DNA of 64,000 nucleotides from NCBI RefSeq assembly GCF_030144855.1, contig NC_082721.1, positions 43,338,001 through 43,402,000 on the forward strand. Reading direction: 5' to 3'. The translations under genes and the position numbers were made by a program. This document shows, in pieces, positions 62,877 through 64,000 of this stretch; position 1 is the first letter of the stretch; each line of letters starts with the position of its first letter. The notes under the pieces were generated by a model. It searched no databases. It had not been told where the DNA came from and saw only the letters and a list, made by a program, of their open reading frames with translations. This DNA comes from Hypanus sabinus. Its lineage: Eukaryota.

Positions 62877-64000
62877 GGGGGACATCACGTGATGACATAG
62901 GATTGAGACGTGGAAATCCAGCTCTCCCGTAAAAACCAGTAAAATAATGTTTAAGTGAAGCAAAGTTAGTAAATACTTTTTAAAAATTACTTATAAACTA
63001 CTCATGATTGTCTTAAGATATGTCTCCTAAACAGAAGCAGAAGAAAACTACTACTTTGAAGACAACACAGGTTGGAAAAGAATCAAGGCCAGCAGCCATG
63101 AAAGAGCCTCTGGCTCAAGTGCATTTTACCTCCGGCGATACAGAATAGGAAACTGCGGCAACATCAACCGTATCCAAAAAAAAAAAGAGCAACAGGAATT
63201 GCGTTCGCATGAAGGAAGGGGAATGCACAAACACGAGCAACCCAAACTACAAATCCCACCTATGATCGGAACTGAAAGTGAAAGTGAATATGAGGTGGAA
63301 TCAGATTCTCTGGTAAATCAGAAGAAGATGAAGAGACAAACAAAGTAGAGCAACAGGAAGAGGTTGGAGGTGATATTGGAGACATAAAAAAATCTTTGGT
63401 GCAAATAATGCATGAATTAAAAGCATTAAAAGTAATAAAAAAGATATTAAAATATGAAGATAATGTTTGGTAAAATGATGAAAAGACAAAATGGACGAGA
63501 AAATTAAAAACTTGGAAGAAATAACGGGAGACACAATTGATAGAGTGAATAAAATGGAGGATTACATTTCTGCCTGGACATCAGAAAGAAAATGGTTGTT
63601 GGAAAAAGTGGATGTACTTGAAAATTTTAACAGATGAAATAATATTAAGATTGTTGGACTTACAGAAGGTATAGAAGGAGAAGATCCAATAATTTTTTTC
63701 AAAAATGGATTCTGGAAATTTTGGAAATGGAAGAAGGAACCCAGTTTATTGAAACTGAAAGGGCTCAAAGAGCCTTAAGATCAAGGCCTCAAGCTGATCA
63801 AAACCCATGATCAATCTTGATAAAATGCTTAAGATATCAAGATAAAGAAAAGATCCTGAAGGCGGCTGCCTAAAGTGCCAGAAAGAGAAACGGGCCATTG
63901 ATGATAGAAGGGAAAACAGTTCTTTTCTATCCTGATATAAGTTATGACCTTTTGAAGAGAAAGAAGGAATTTAACTCAGCGAAGAAAGTTTTATGGGAAA
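62877..64000 (+). mobile_element. L1 LINE 5' end (5' UTR and decayed ORF1), running off the window
   Basis: ORF1 starts near 63020; NNIKIVGLTEGIEG, ERAQRA and LRYQDKEKILKAA..LFYPDISYDLLKRKKEF motifs. It is a different family from the L1 at 33442. Confidence 0.8.

Noticed and set aside
1-64000. Prokaryotic systems, CRISPR arrays, tRNA/rRNA genes, and the many short ORFs in the track
   Set aside because: The DNA is spliced, vertebrate-type sequence. I saw no repeat-spacer arrays or structural RNA genes, and the short ORFs are TE fragments, their antisense frames or chance.

Overview
Eukaryotic, intron-containing and transposon-dense DNA, most likely from a cartilaginous fish (the repeat types and the cluster-type Ig gene suggest a ray or shark; this is inference). 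The only host gene is a compact immunoglobulin light-chain cluster on the minus strand (44895-46770). It has a TGATTTGCAT decamer/octamer promoter, a leader exon, a V exon already fused in frame to J with no RSS between them (apparently germline-joined), and an intact C exon. The sequence looks like the sigma (type IV) isotype. The VJ exon carries two lesions, a 1-bp deletion in CDR1 and a GT>TT change at the J donor. Leader and C are intact and phase-compatible, so skipping VJ would encode a secreted, V-less C domain of 121 aa. Downstream of C (1.6-39.8 kb) are three co-oriented, diverged copies of an old unit of roughly 6 kb. Each copy was later invaded by different elements: a near-complete CR1, a Gypsy chromovirus with a 5-bp TSD, an RTE, a mariner MITE and a full-length L1 with an 18-bp TSD. 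The rest is fragments of CR1, Rex1/Babar, RTE, Tx1, R4-like and L1 elements plus solo LTRs. Element boundaries without a stated TSD are approximate, and family names come from motif recognition, not database searches.
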